32,000 bases of DNA from Sulfolobus acidocaldarius DSM 639 (GTDB taxonomy: Archaea > Thermoproteota > Thermoprotei_A > Sulfolobales > Sulfolobaceae): positions 180,001 to 212,000 of the forward strand of contig NC_007181.1 in assembly GCF_000012285.1 (NCBI RefSeq), written 5' to 3'. The notes beneath the pieces were generated by a model. That model had not been told where the DNA came from and searched no databases. It saw nothing but the letters and a program-made list of their open reading frames with translations. Position 1 is the stretch's first letter; every line of letters begins with the position of its first letter. Positions 1 through 9,726 of this stretch are shown in pieces. The position numbers and the translations under genes were made by a program.

Positions 1-59
1 CTTGAGGTTAATGAGGAGAAATTGAATGATGATGAACTCTTGAGTAAGCACCTTGAAAT

Positions 60-1058
60 CTATAATTCATGAGGCTCCTTACCTATTTTGAAATCAGTTA
101 CTCCATTAAATCTTCTCCAATAGTAATCACTGTCTTTCTCTCCTTCTAGAATGTATTTGACCAGCAGGTTTGCTATACCAGGACCTATTTCAGCCCCATA
201 GCCATCTAAACCACCCGCAAAGTATAACCTCTCAGTTATCTCACCATATATAGGTCTCATGTCAGGTGTACCTTCGCAGTAACCCTCTCCCCTATATATC
301 GGAAACAACTTACCTACTCTACTCTCCGCTTTTTCCACTGCTTTCTTATCGCCAATTTTCTTGTCAAACGGGGAGCACTCTATCACGTCACCATCTCCCA
401 CTATACTTAATGGAAGCCCTATTCCCATGAAAGGTCTTGAGTAATATCCTAGCTCGTAATCATAAATGAAAACTTTGTCCAATAGTGAATTTCTGTTTAG
501 GGTCAACCACGACCAACAATAGTAACTCTTAAGGGGAAGCCTCAAACCATTTATTGAAAGAGTATTCCAAGCACCAGCTGTCAGTATGAAAATATCATAT
601 CTTGATGTGACGTCATTATTGTCCAGTGTAACTCTCAACTTATTATCATTTACCTCAACTGATACATTTCCGCTGATCTTAGGAACACTGTCTATCAGCT
701 TTCTAATTTGAACCAAAGAGTCTGTTCCATAGCCTATTATGGCTTTATCCCTCAACCACTCAACGTACTTCTCTTCAACATTTAAGCCTAAACTTAACCA
801 TTTATTGACGACCTCGTTACTCACTTTTCCGAGTGTATAGGATGTAAAGGACTTGAGCGGAATATTGTGTTTTACGTAAAACTCCTTGGATAGTATAGAG
901 AGTTCAACATCCTTTCCAACCAACAACAAAGAGTGAATAAGCGTTGGCGGAAATTTCCTAAATCCGCTCTCTACTACAGATACCTCATGACCTCTCTCCT
1001 TAAGTAGGTGATATATAGAACTTCCTAGTATACCTTTGCCAATTACTAAGACTTTCAC
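60..1058 (-). CDS. FAD-dependent oxidoreductase (DAO / glycine-sarcosine oxidase-like family)
   Basis: 332-aa ORF. N-terminal Rossmann dinucleotide-binding motif MKVLVIGKGILGSSIYHLLKERGHEVSVVE (GxGxxG plus acidic residue ending beta-2). C-terminal FAGGLDGYGAEIGPG is typical of DAO-family flavoenzymes. Confidence 0.7.
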   Translation of the reverse strand: MKVLVIGKGILGSSIYHLLKERGHEVSVVESGFRKFPPTLIHSLLLVGKDVELSILSKEFYVKHNIPLKSFTSYTLGKVSNEVVNKWLSLGLNVEEKYVEWLRDKAIIGYGTDSLVQIRKLIDSVPKISGNVSVEVNDNKLRVTLDNNDVTSRYDIFILTAGAWNTLSINGLRLPLKSYYCWSWLTLNRNSLLDKVFIYDYELGYYSRPFMGIGLPLSIVGDGDVIECSPFDKKIGDKKAVEKAESRVGKLFPIYRGEGYCEGTPDMRPIYGEITERLYFAGGLDGYGAEIGPGIANLLVKYILEGEKDSDYYWRRFNGVTDFKIGKEPHEL

Positions 1059-1094
1059 TTAATCCTTAAAGCCTAATACACTAAAAAAATTATT

Positions 1095-1892
1095 GTGATC
1101 ACCGAGGGTTACTTCGTTAAGTACGATGGCGTTTATTGGGCTGTTAAAGGATGCTTTCATCCACAAGGTTATGTCGTAGGTATACCTAGGTTGTATAAAG
1201 GCGAGAAGATTAAGAGGTATAATGATGCCATGAATATCGTAAGAAGGGATTTTCCGCATTTACTACGATACGTTGAGGAGATAGGTGCCGAAGTTCCTTT
1301 AATACCCCTTAAGGGCTCTGAGGTGCTAGATCCTTTTGACCTCAAGAAGGTGACAGATCCTAAGGTTAAGTACTTTATATCACTATTCAGACATGTGGGA
1401 ATTACGGGAAGTTTACTCTATTTTAAAGGCAAGAACTTTAACGATATTGATTTACTTTCATTTGACATAGGGAACTATGAGATACTCAGGGAGCTCAGAA
1501 AAGCTGGGATAACTAAGTCACTGAGTTCCTTCAACCAAGGAGAGGTTGAAATATTAAACTCTCATGACTTTAATCTGCTAAAAAGGGAGAGGGTTTTGGA
1601 AGGCATATTTCATGATATCCCTTATACTTTTAAGATAGTTGAGTGTGAGGATTTCGGAAAAGTAAAAAGAGTGGAGAAATTTGAGGGGAAGGTAACTATA
1701 GACAAAACCTTGAAACCCTATTCTTTACCGGTAAAGTACCTAACTGATACCGGTCATGTTTTGACGTCTTTTAGGACAAGGTTCACAGAGTTAAAGGAAG
1801 GATTAGAGCTTTATGTGGATGGTTTCTTGCTAGAAAGAGATAAATTCAGTGATATTGATTTAGACATAGCCCGAAAGGTGGAAATTCTTTGA
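1095..1892 (+). CDS. Predicted nucleotidyltransferase-fold protein (archaeal, function unknown)
   Basis: 265-aa ORF with a GTG start. Minimal NTase signature G-S-x12-D-x-D in [22 protein letters not shown]. Its stop overlaps the TTG start of the next gene (TTGA at 1889-1892), suggesting an operon. Family placement (COG1665-like) is from memory only. Confidence 0.5.
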   Translation: MITEGYFVKYDGVYWAVKGCFHPQGYVVGIPRLYKGEKIKRYNDAMNIVRRDFPHLLRYVEEIGAEVPLIPLKGSEVLDPFDLKKVTDPKVKYFISLFRHVGITGSLLYFKGKNFNDIDLLSFDIGNYEILRELRKAGITKSLSSFNQGEVEILNSHDFNLLKRERVLEGIFHDIPYTFKIVECEDFGKVKRVEKFEGKVTIDKTLKPYSLPVKYLTDTGHVLTSFRTRFTELKEGLELYVDGFLLERDKFSDIDLDIARKVEIL

Positions 1893-2425
1893 CAGCACAT
1901 GAGAAACACAAGGAACACGCCCCTAAGGAAGTGAGGTTTTACGTGATTACGATAAGTACTTCACGATACGAGAAATTCATAAAGAGAGAGACTATTGTGG
2001 ATGAGTCTGGAGATGCCATAAAGGAATCAATTATAAGTGAAGGCTATAAGGTAGTAGGGTATACATTGATACCCGACAACAAGATAAAAATACTTAGAGC
2101 TTTTTCTGAAGCACTTGATAATCCAGATGTGGACGTCATAATTTCAACTGGAGGCACAGGCTACTCTACAACAGATGTCACGGTTGAAACAATAAGAAAA
2201 ATATTTGACAGGGAGATTGAAGGATATGGCGATGTATTTAGGATGGTAAGTTATAATGATCCTAAAGTTAGGTCAGCGTCTTACCTATCCAAATCGACTG
2301 CAGGGATTATAGGCGATAAAGTTGTTTTCCTCCTACCGGGGTCACCAGACGCTGTGAAATTAGCAATGAAGGAGCTTATTCTACCGGAGATCGGTCATTT
2401 ACTCTACTTAGTGAGAGGGAAATGA
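1889..2425 (+). CDS. moaB: Molybdenum cofactor biosynthesis protein B (MoaB/MogA family)
   Basis: 178-aa ORF. MoaB/MogA signatures [20 protein letters not shown] and [14 protein letters not shown] start overlaps the upstream stop. Confidence 0.8.
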   Translation: MTAHEKHKEHAPKEVRFYVITISTSRYEKFIKRETIVDESGDAIKESIISEGYKVVGYTLIPDNKIKILRAFSEALDNPDVDVIISTGGTGYSTTDVTVETIRKIFDREIEGYGDVFRMVSYNDPKVRSASYLSKSTAGIIGDKVVFLLPGSPDAVKLAMKELILPEIGHLLYLVRGK

Positions 2426-2907
2426 GACTTTACGCCCACTACGTGTTTACTATAGGTGTGCTTGTGTTCATAAATTCGTTTCTTGTGACCCCATTATCCC
2501 CTCCTAATTATTATGACAGTTTGTTTTATGGCGGTTTACTTTCAGTCTTTTCAAATACTCTTATTGATAGGTTGGGGCATGAAATACGGGGTAAATACAT
2601 CTCTAGGACTCCCACTACCCACACTTTTCCGAGGTCTATGCTTTGGAGCTTGCTTGTAAGTGTTTTACTCTCTTTCCTATTCTTTTACGTTAGGCATACT
2701 ATCCCTTACTATCTGCTTATTGATGGTGTTATTGCTGGTCCTTCCCACATGGTCTTAGATATCTTCACAGAGAGGGGTATTTACGTGAAGAGGAATGGGA
2801 GGTGGAAGAGGTTTGCGTTAGCCCACTTTAGGTATAATAATCCAGCTGTTAATGGGTTGGCTGTGTTGCTTGGCTTACTTATGATGCTAGTTCCATTATA
2901 TTTGTAA
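2422..2907 (+). CDS. Integral membrane protein, possibly a membrane-bound metal-dependent hydrolase (YdjM/DUF457-like)
   Basis: 161-aa ORF with about 4 hydrophobic segments. His-containing motifs DRLGHE and GPSHMVLD resemble the YdjM family. ATGA overlap with moaB (2422-2425). Confidence 0.45.
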   Translation: MRLYAHYVFTIGVLVFINSFLVTPLSPPNYYDSLFYGGLLSVFSNTLIDRLGHEIRGKYISRTPTTHTFPRSMLWSLLVSVLLSFLFFYVRHTIPYYLLIDGVIAGPSHMVLDIFTERGIYVKRNGRWKRFALAHFRYNNPAVNGLAVLLGLLMMLVPLYL

Positions 2908-3418
2908 TATTGTCATAGTTGTGTTATTAAAGATAATAAAGTGAAAGAGGATGTTAAAGCTATGTGTAAGTGGTATCTAAGTAATAAACTATACAGACAA
3001 GGGTGTTTACCTGGTAGCCTCAGTTGGTGATAGGAATGAGAAGGCGTTCAAGGAGGCTAAAGCCCAGAGGACTGTAGGTGGGTTATTGATGATTACTACG
3101 TGATTTCTGATCGAGAAAAAACACAGTAATAAACCCAGTAGTATCAAATGAGAATATATACTAGTCAACGAGACTAGTTGGCTTGGAGAGGTCTACAAAG
3201 GCGGTGAATAAAATAGAAATACTAAAGTATACAGTCCCATGTTACGCGTTTAAAATGGGATTACAACCAAAATTTGCACCTTCATAACGGGATTATATCC
3301 ACACATAAATCAGTAGATTAAACCTCCTTCAAAGGGAGAAGATAGTACCCTTAGAAATTTGTGAGACTACTTACCAAAAAGAAGAGGGTTGTCTCTATAT
3401 TAGACCTATGATTAGTGG

Positions 3419-3790
3419 TTATGTTAGATACTTGTTTAATATATCTATTATTTCATGAACGCTTTTGGATAATTTCTTCGCTTCGTAATAGTCGAGTTTC
3501 ATCTCATGAAATCCATAAATGTGTAGATACCACGCATCAACCCATATTACATACATCTCTGGAGAGATCCTTCTTGCAGCATCAAATAATAAGGAAGAGG
3601 TCCACCTCCTATTAACCTTCACTTTTTCTATTATGTCTTTTAGGTTTAGTGTTTTCACTAGTAGTTTTATTGCCTCTTCTGCTGCTTTGTAATATTTCTC
3701 TGAGGCTTGTACAATGTCTCCCTTCTCTAACAACTCATCAGCTTCCCTAATCCACTCTAAAATTAGCGATCTTATCTGAGAGCTCGACAA
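3419..3790 (-). CDS. PaREP1-family protein (HEPN-like helical domain), paralog 1
   Basis: 123-aa ORF. READELLEKGDIVQASEKYYKAAEEAIKLL followed by WVDAWYLHIYGFHE matches my recollection of the archaeal PaREP1/PaREP8 pattern (E-x-L-x-x-GD-x-x-QA-x-EK ... W-x-x-A-x-x-LH-x-x-FY). The only available start is TTG at 3790, which overlaps the upstream paralog by 44 nt. Confidence 0.6.
   Translation of the reverse strand: MSSSQIRSLILEWIREADELLEKGDIVQASEKYYKAAEEAIKLLVKTLNLKDIIEKVKVNRRWTSSLLFDAARRISPEMYVIWVDAWYLHIYGFHEMKLDYYEAKKLSKSVHEIIDILNKYLT
3618..3751. repeat. 134-bp perfect direct repeat, copy A (inside PaREP1 paralog 1)
   Basis: Base-by-base comparison shows 3618-3751 is identical to 3958-4091 (offset 340 bp). 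Identity stops abruptly at both ends; the flanks match only about 50%. Confidence 0.95.
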
Positions 3791-4133
3791 GCCTTTTCAC
3801 TTTTTCAGCTTCTATAACTAGAACGTCTTTGGGTAGATTCACAGTTAGAATTACTATCGCAGACTTCCATAGATCAATGATTTCCTCATCGCTTAATCTT
3901 TTAGCTATCTCGGTCACAGCATCGTGTAAAACTCCCAAACTCCAATACCCTTCCTCTTTCACTTTTTCTATTATGTCTTTTAGGTTTAGTGTTTTCACTA
4001 GTAGTTTTATTGCCTCTTCTGCTGCTTTGTAATATTTCTCTGAGGCTTGTACAATGTCTCCCTTCTCTAACAACTCATCAGCTTCCCTAATTAAAACATC
4101 TGAGGCAGATAGTAGATTTATACTTTCCATCAA
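3747..4133 (-). CDS. PaREP1-family protein, paralog 2
   Basis: 128-aa ORF (TTG at 4133 immediately followed by ATG at 4130, the likelier start). It has the same 45-aa N-terminal core as paralog 1 but a diverged C-terminal half. A TATA-like AT-rich sequence lies just upstream at 4134-4165. Confidence 0.6.
   Translation of the reverse strand: MMESINLLSASDVLIREADELLEKGDIVQASEKYYKAAEEAIKLLVKTLNLKDIIEKVKEEGYWSLGVLHDAVTEIAKRLSDEEIIDLWKSAIVILTVNLPKDVLVIEAEKVKRLVELSDKIANFRVD
3958..4091. repeat. 134-bp perfect direct repeat, copy B (inside PaREP1 paralog 2)
   Basis: Identical to 3618-3751. Confidence 0.95.
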
Positions 4134-5092
4134 AATAAATATGGAATATACCTAAATAAATCCAAATCAAAACCGGTAGAGTGGGGCGAAAAAGGATTTA
4201 ATAATTCTGTCTCCTCCTTGCCTTGAGTGACGAGGGTTCTATTGAGGGTTTATTGGTTACTCTAATTGACTTGAAGCTGTATGGATTATTTGAGGTAAAA
4301 CGGAGAGATCCATCTTACTGCTTTGCAAACTTTCAGTATAGTGTTGTTATGTGAATAAAAAGTATCATAGTAAAAGTCTTCATTCTATATAAATCAATTT
4401 ATATTCTCATGAACGGATAATTAACCAAGATAATATCCCTGCGTGTTTCTTTTCAACGTAAAACGACTCCTCAAATTTTAGCTCTGAGATTGTACTACAA
4501 CTTCTTCTATATAGGCGAACTTTTCTCGTTCTATTGTTGTGATGTTAAAGACAATAAACTATAAAATAGAAAGTTTTCAAAAATGTTTTAAAACGAAATT
4601 ACGGATAGAGTCTGGGAAATTAGGGAAGATTATTCATATTGTCCCAATGGTTCTCAAGATTATTCTCCTGCCAGATCCAACCTAATTAAGGTTTTTCTAT
4701 TTTTGAATAACTTCCTCTTACCATGAAGGGTAATGTTTAAAAATCATCCAGTTTCTTGCTAGTTCATACTAAACCCCCAGAATAATTACCTAAAATATAA
4801 ACAAGGTCTCATAACTATACTTTGATAATCAAAACAGGGAAAAGTCCATAAAGCTGTAAAGCTTGCTGGAAACTTTGTATTCTTGTATCCTCTCACTCAT
4901 CTCTTATATATTTACTTCTGTTCATATATTATGTAAGCTTATACATTGGTTAAAAAATTTTTATTTCTTGAGTATCTCTAAGGGTAATAAGTATTTAAAG
5001 AATCCAGCATATGGTAGATGAAATAAACATTTTTCATGGATTGCGACCGAAAAGAAAAAAAGTTGTTTAACGTATTATTTTATTGAACTAAC

Positions 5093-5364
5093 ATGGTTTT
5101 CACACTTAAAGATCTAAGGCACAAGACTGTAAGTTTAGGCTTAATCATTTTTGTATTAACAAGCATATTTTTTCCCTATTTAAGTTATGTGAACGTAATC
5201 GGCTCGACCTCGAAGGACAAAAGTGGTTTACTCTATCAAACTACTAGACATCAGATCATTGGTGGTGTGTAGGATGCATAGCAGCAGGAATAGTAGGCTG
5301 CCTAATATGTATATCACATGTCGGTTTGCTAACCACTGAATGCTATGAAGCGGCCACTGTTTAG
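5093..5364 (+). pseudogene. Small two-TM Cys-rich membrane protein split by a -1 frame change (possible pseudogene)
   Basis: ATG at 5093 opens a 59-codon ORF (MVFTLKDLRHKTVSLGLIIFVLTSIFFPYLSYVNVIGSTSKDKSGLLYQTTRHQIIGGV, stop at 5270-5272). The -1 frame is open from 5248 to the stop at 5362-5364 and encodes TSDHWWCVGCIAAGIVGCLICISHVGLLTTECYEAATV with no start codon of its own. My own translation; no homolog recognised. Confidence 0.25.
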
Positions 5365-5410
5365 GATTGTGGTGAGATTTAAATGAAACAATAAAAAATT
5401 TAAAAGAGGG

Positions 5411-5533
5411 ATGAGGATGACAGAGAACCCAATTATTGTGAGAGCAAGAAGGATATCATTTATTCTCTCTTTAATTTACCCTCTATTAGGAGTATATATT
5501 GGTATAAGTGACTTCCTTTTACTTAAAGAGTAA
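5411..5533 (+). CDS. Hypothetical 40-aa single-TM peptide
   Basis: ATG ORF MRMTENPIIVRARRISFILSLIYPLLGVYIGISDFLLLKE, with purine-rich AAAAGAGGG directly upstream. It is below the ORF-track length cut-off and has no homology support. Confidence 0.2.
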   Translation: MRMTENPIIVRARRISFILSLIYPLLGVYIGISDFLLLKE

Positions 5534-5785
5534 CACAAATGATATATACATCGCAAAGTCTCTTGCCGTAATAGACGTAGGCCGCATATCATTTATAGAG
5601 TTATATGTGTAAAAGCTTACAAAGGGCTAGTAACGTCGAGAGACTAGATTATAGGTTTTTAAGCGATTACGTAAGGCTAGCGTTGAGGAGAGCATATTTA
5701 TTACCTTATGCGGAATTTATGTTCTTATTTTTATGTTTAAATCATAGAATTTCATCTATATCCTAAGACATTTTCATATCTTCTT

Positions 5786-5905
5786 ATGATACTCTTTGCA
5801 GGAGTAGCCATATTCGGTGGGTTTAAGATCTATCAATATATCAAGAATTTAGTGAACGTGCTCGGTTGCAATGAGCGGAGAAGAAGAAGGGAAAGGCTAT
5901 ATTAA
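5786..5905 (+). CDS. Hypothetical 39-aa peptide with one TM helix and a poly-Arg tail
   Basis: ATG ORF MILFAGVAIFGGFKIYQYIKNLVNVLGCNERRRRRERLY. Hydrophobic N-terminus and strongly basic C-terminus. No homology support. Confidence 0.2.
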   Translation: MILFAGVAIFGGFKIYQYIKNLVNVLGCNERRRRRERLY

Positions 5906-6268
5906 GAAAGATTAGCTTCGCTGTAATTCTCTCGCGTAGAATCTAAAATTTACCTTACAACTCTGATGATTGAAATCCTCGTTTTAGGATTAGAGCGTAT
6001 AAAATTGGTATAAGAAGTCACAAAGGCGATAAACCTTGGATTGGGTTGTATATAGGCTTTGAGATCTACTCAAATATCACTATCTATTAGATTGGGTCGG
6101 TTGTTATCTTTTAGTTAATGAGCGTGTAAAGCCTATAATAAGAAAACTATTCTCAGCAAAATTTCATGTACTGACATGGAGGAGATAATTACGTGAATTG
6201 TAGTAAAAAGTTAACAAACTTTCTAAGATAGTCAGCCTTAAACTCAATCATCTATTTTTTATAGTAAG

Positions 6269-6281
6269 CTTTTATTATTTA
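6269..6281 (+). promoter_or_regulatory. TATA-like box of the kdgA promoter (leaderless-type geometry)
   Basis: CTTTTATTATTTA is centred about 25 nt upstream of the kdgA ATG at 6300. Sulfolobus TATA boxes sit about 26 nt upstream of the TSS, so the transcript is likely leaderless or nearly so. Confidence 0.45.
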
Positions 6282-6299
6282 GTTACAACTACTCTTTTT

Positions 6300-8112
<1,813 letters not shown>

Positions 8113-8140
8113 AAAATCAGCATATTATATTATAACCAGT

Positions 8141-9664
8141 ATGGTAAAGTTAAATGAATTATCTAAAGAGTTTCAAGACCTCTACACAATTGACTCAGAT
8201 GGCGTACCTCATTTTAAGACTTTTTTAGCAGGTACTTGGGCATCTTCAAAGGACTTTGAAAACGTGAAGAGCCCAATAGATCTAGAGGTGTACGCAAGAG
8301 TTCCTAGGCTCAACTACGAAATGATAGACTCTGTCATAGCAAATATACACTATAAAGGGAGATGGGAAATTAGGGACATTCCAGGGGAGAAAAGGCTAAA
8401 ATTGTACGATAGAATTGCAAACCTCTTGGATAAGTACAGGGAAGATTTCATCCAAGTATTAGTAGTAGGAAACGGCAAAACGGTATCTTCTGCTAGGGGA
8501 GAGGTAAATGCGTCAATTGAGAGACTTTTAAGGGCTGACCTGGACGTGAGAAAGCTTTATGGCGAGTACGTTCCAGGCGACTGGAGTAGTGAGAGCTTAG
8601 AGTCTGAGGCTATAATAAGGAGGGAACCATTGGGAATTGTATTGGCTATAACCCCATTTAATTACCCACTTTTCGATGTGGTGAACAAGTTTGTGTACTC
8701 AACTGTAGCAGGGAACGCTTTCGTACTAAAACCGGCTATCTCAACTCCTATTCCTGCTATAATGTTTGCAAAGCTGGCTGAAATTGCAGGATTTCCAAAG
8801 AATGCTTTGGCAGTGATAACCCTGCCAGGGAAGGAAATGGACAAGGTGATCCAAGATAAGAGGTTAAGCGTCATCTCCATAACAGGAAGCACTGAGACTG
8901 GGGAGCACATTATGAAGGTTGGAGGCATAAAACAATACATAATGGAGCTAGGGGGTGGAGATTCCGTAATAGTTATGAGAGACGCAGACATAGCTTCTAC
9001 AGCCCAAAAGATCGTAACAGGAATAACTAGTTATTCAGGACAAAGATGTGACTCCATAAAATTCATCTTCGCAGAGAGTGAAATATACGAAAAACTAAAA
9101 TCGGCTCTAATAGAAGAATTAAAGAAAATTAAAGTTGGGGATCCTAGAGATCCAAATGTAAATATGGGTCCAATTATTGATTCGAAAACTGTGGATGAGT
9201 TCGAGTTCTCTTTGAAAGACGTGGTCGAGAAGGGAGGAGTAATCCTTTATGGGGGTAAAAGACTGGGTCCCACATATATAGAACCAACTCTTGTAGAGGC
9301 TGATAAAAGTAAGGTGAAAGACCTCTATCTATATAAGAAAGAAGTTTTCCTTTCTATAGCTGTCTTAGTAAAGGTAAATGATATCTCCGAGGCAATAAGT
9401 TTATCTAACGAGAGAAGGTACGGGTTAGACGCAGCAATATTTGGTAGTGACATAAACGAGATAAGGAGAGCAATAAGGTTCTTGGAAGTAGGTGCAGTGT
9501 ATATTAATGATTTCCCTAGGCACGGTATAGGTTACTTCCCGTTCGGTGGACGCAAGGATTCCGGAATAGGAAGAGAGGGAATAGGTTACACGATTGAGGA
9601 TGTAACTACGTATAAGACTATAGTGTATAATTATAGAGGGAAAGGCATATGGGAGTATTTATAG
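8141..9664 (+). CDS. gapN: Non-phosphorylating glyceraldehyde-3-phosphate dehydrogenase (aldehyde dehydrogenase superfamily)
   Basis: 507-aa ORF. ALDH motifs ELGGGDS (catalytic Glu region) and GQRCDS (catalytic Cys). Its position after kdgA-kdgK matches the Sulfolobus/Thermoproteus ED cluster. Confidence 0.85.
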   Translation: MVKLNELSKEFQDLYTIDSDGVPHFKTFLAGTWASSKDFENVKSPIDLEVYARVPRLNYEMIDSVIANIHYKGRWEIRDIPGEKRLKLYDRIANLLDKYREDFIQVLVVGNGKTVSSARGEVNASIERLLRADLDVRKLYGEYVPGDWSSESLESEAIIRREPLGIVLAITPFNYPLFDVVNKFVYSTVAGNAFVLKPAISTPIPAIMFAKLAEIAGFPKNALAVITLPGKEMDKVIQDKRLSVISITGSTETGEHIMKVGGIKQYIMELGGGDSVIVMRDADIASTAQKIVTGITSYSGQRCDSIKFIFAESEIYEKLKSALIEELKKIKVGDPRDPNVNMGPIIDSKTVDEFEFSLKDVVEKGGVILYGGKRLGPTYIEPTLVEADKSKVKDLYLYKKEVFLSIAVLVKVNDISEAISLSNERRYGLDAAIFGSDINEIRRAIRFLEVGAVYINDFPRHGIGYFPFGGRKDSGIGREGIGYTIEDVTTYKTIVYNYRGKGIWEYL

Positions 9665-9709
9665 ACACAGAATAAGAACCTGCTAAGAAAGTATTAGTTT
9701 AACAGATGA

Positions 9710-9715
9710 TTTTTT
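9710..9715 (+). terminator. T6 tract, probable archaeal terminator for the kdgA-kdgK-gapN unit
   Basis: TTTTTT lies 46 nt after the gapN stop. Oligo-T tracts are the established archaeal termination signal. Confidence 0.35.
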
Positions 9716-9726
9716 AGTGTAATCTA

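Noticed and set aside
1-72. Open reading frames at the left edge. The + strand frame 1 gives ...LEVNEEKLNDDELLSKHLEIYNS and stops at 70-72. A minus-strand frame is also open across 1-59.
   Set aside because: The fragment is too short and open on both strands. I cannot decide which is real, if either, or name a product, so it is not reported as a feature.
3011-3060. A tRNA-like D-loop string (TAGCCTCAGTTGGTGATAGGA) suggested a tRNA gene or a tRNA-derived attachment-site fragment.
   Set aside because: I could not build an acceptor stem, anticodon arm or T-arm (no GTTCRANYC-type T-loop with a paired stem). It is at most a chance resemblance, so it is kept only as part of the candidate ncRNA patch.
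3086-3110. A C/D-box sRNA was suggested by TGATGA followed 14 nt later by CTGA. A second TGATGA at 5963-5969 lies next to the hairpin AATCCT-CGTTTT-AGGATT (5974-5991).
   Set aside because: Neither site has the full C-D'-C'-D arrangement at the expected ~12-nt guide spacing, nor terminal complementary ends. The short box motifs occur by chance in AT-rich DNA.
2915-4565. A short similarity exists between 2915-2940 (TAGTTGTGTTATTAAAGATAATAAA) and 4533-4558 (TTGTTGTGATGTTAAAGACAATAAA).
   Set aside because: Only ~20 of 25 positions match in low-complexity AT-rich sequence, the similarity does not extend further, and there is no structural logic. It is probably chance.
4134-6299. The AT-rich ORF-free stretch was considered as a replication origin.
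   Set aside because: I found no repeated ORB/mini-ORB-like elements or long inverted repeats flanking an unwinding region, and no cdc6/orc1 or whiP gene is adjacent. The S. acidocaldarius origins I recall from the literature map elsewhere.
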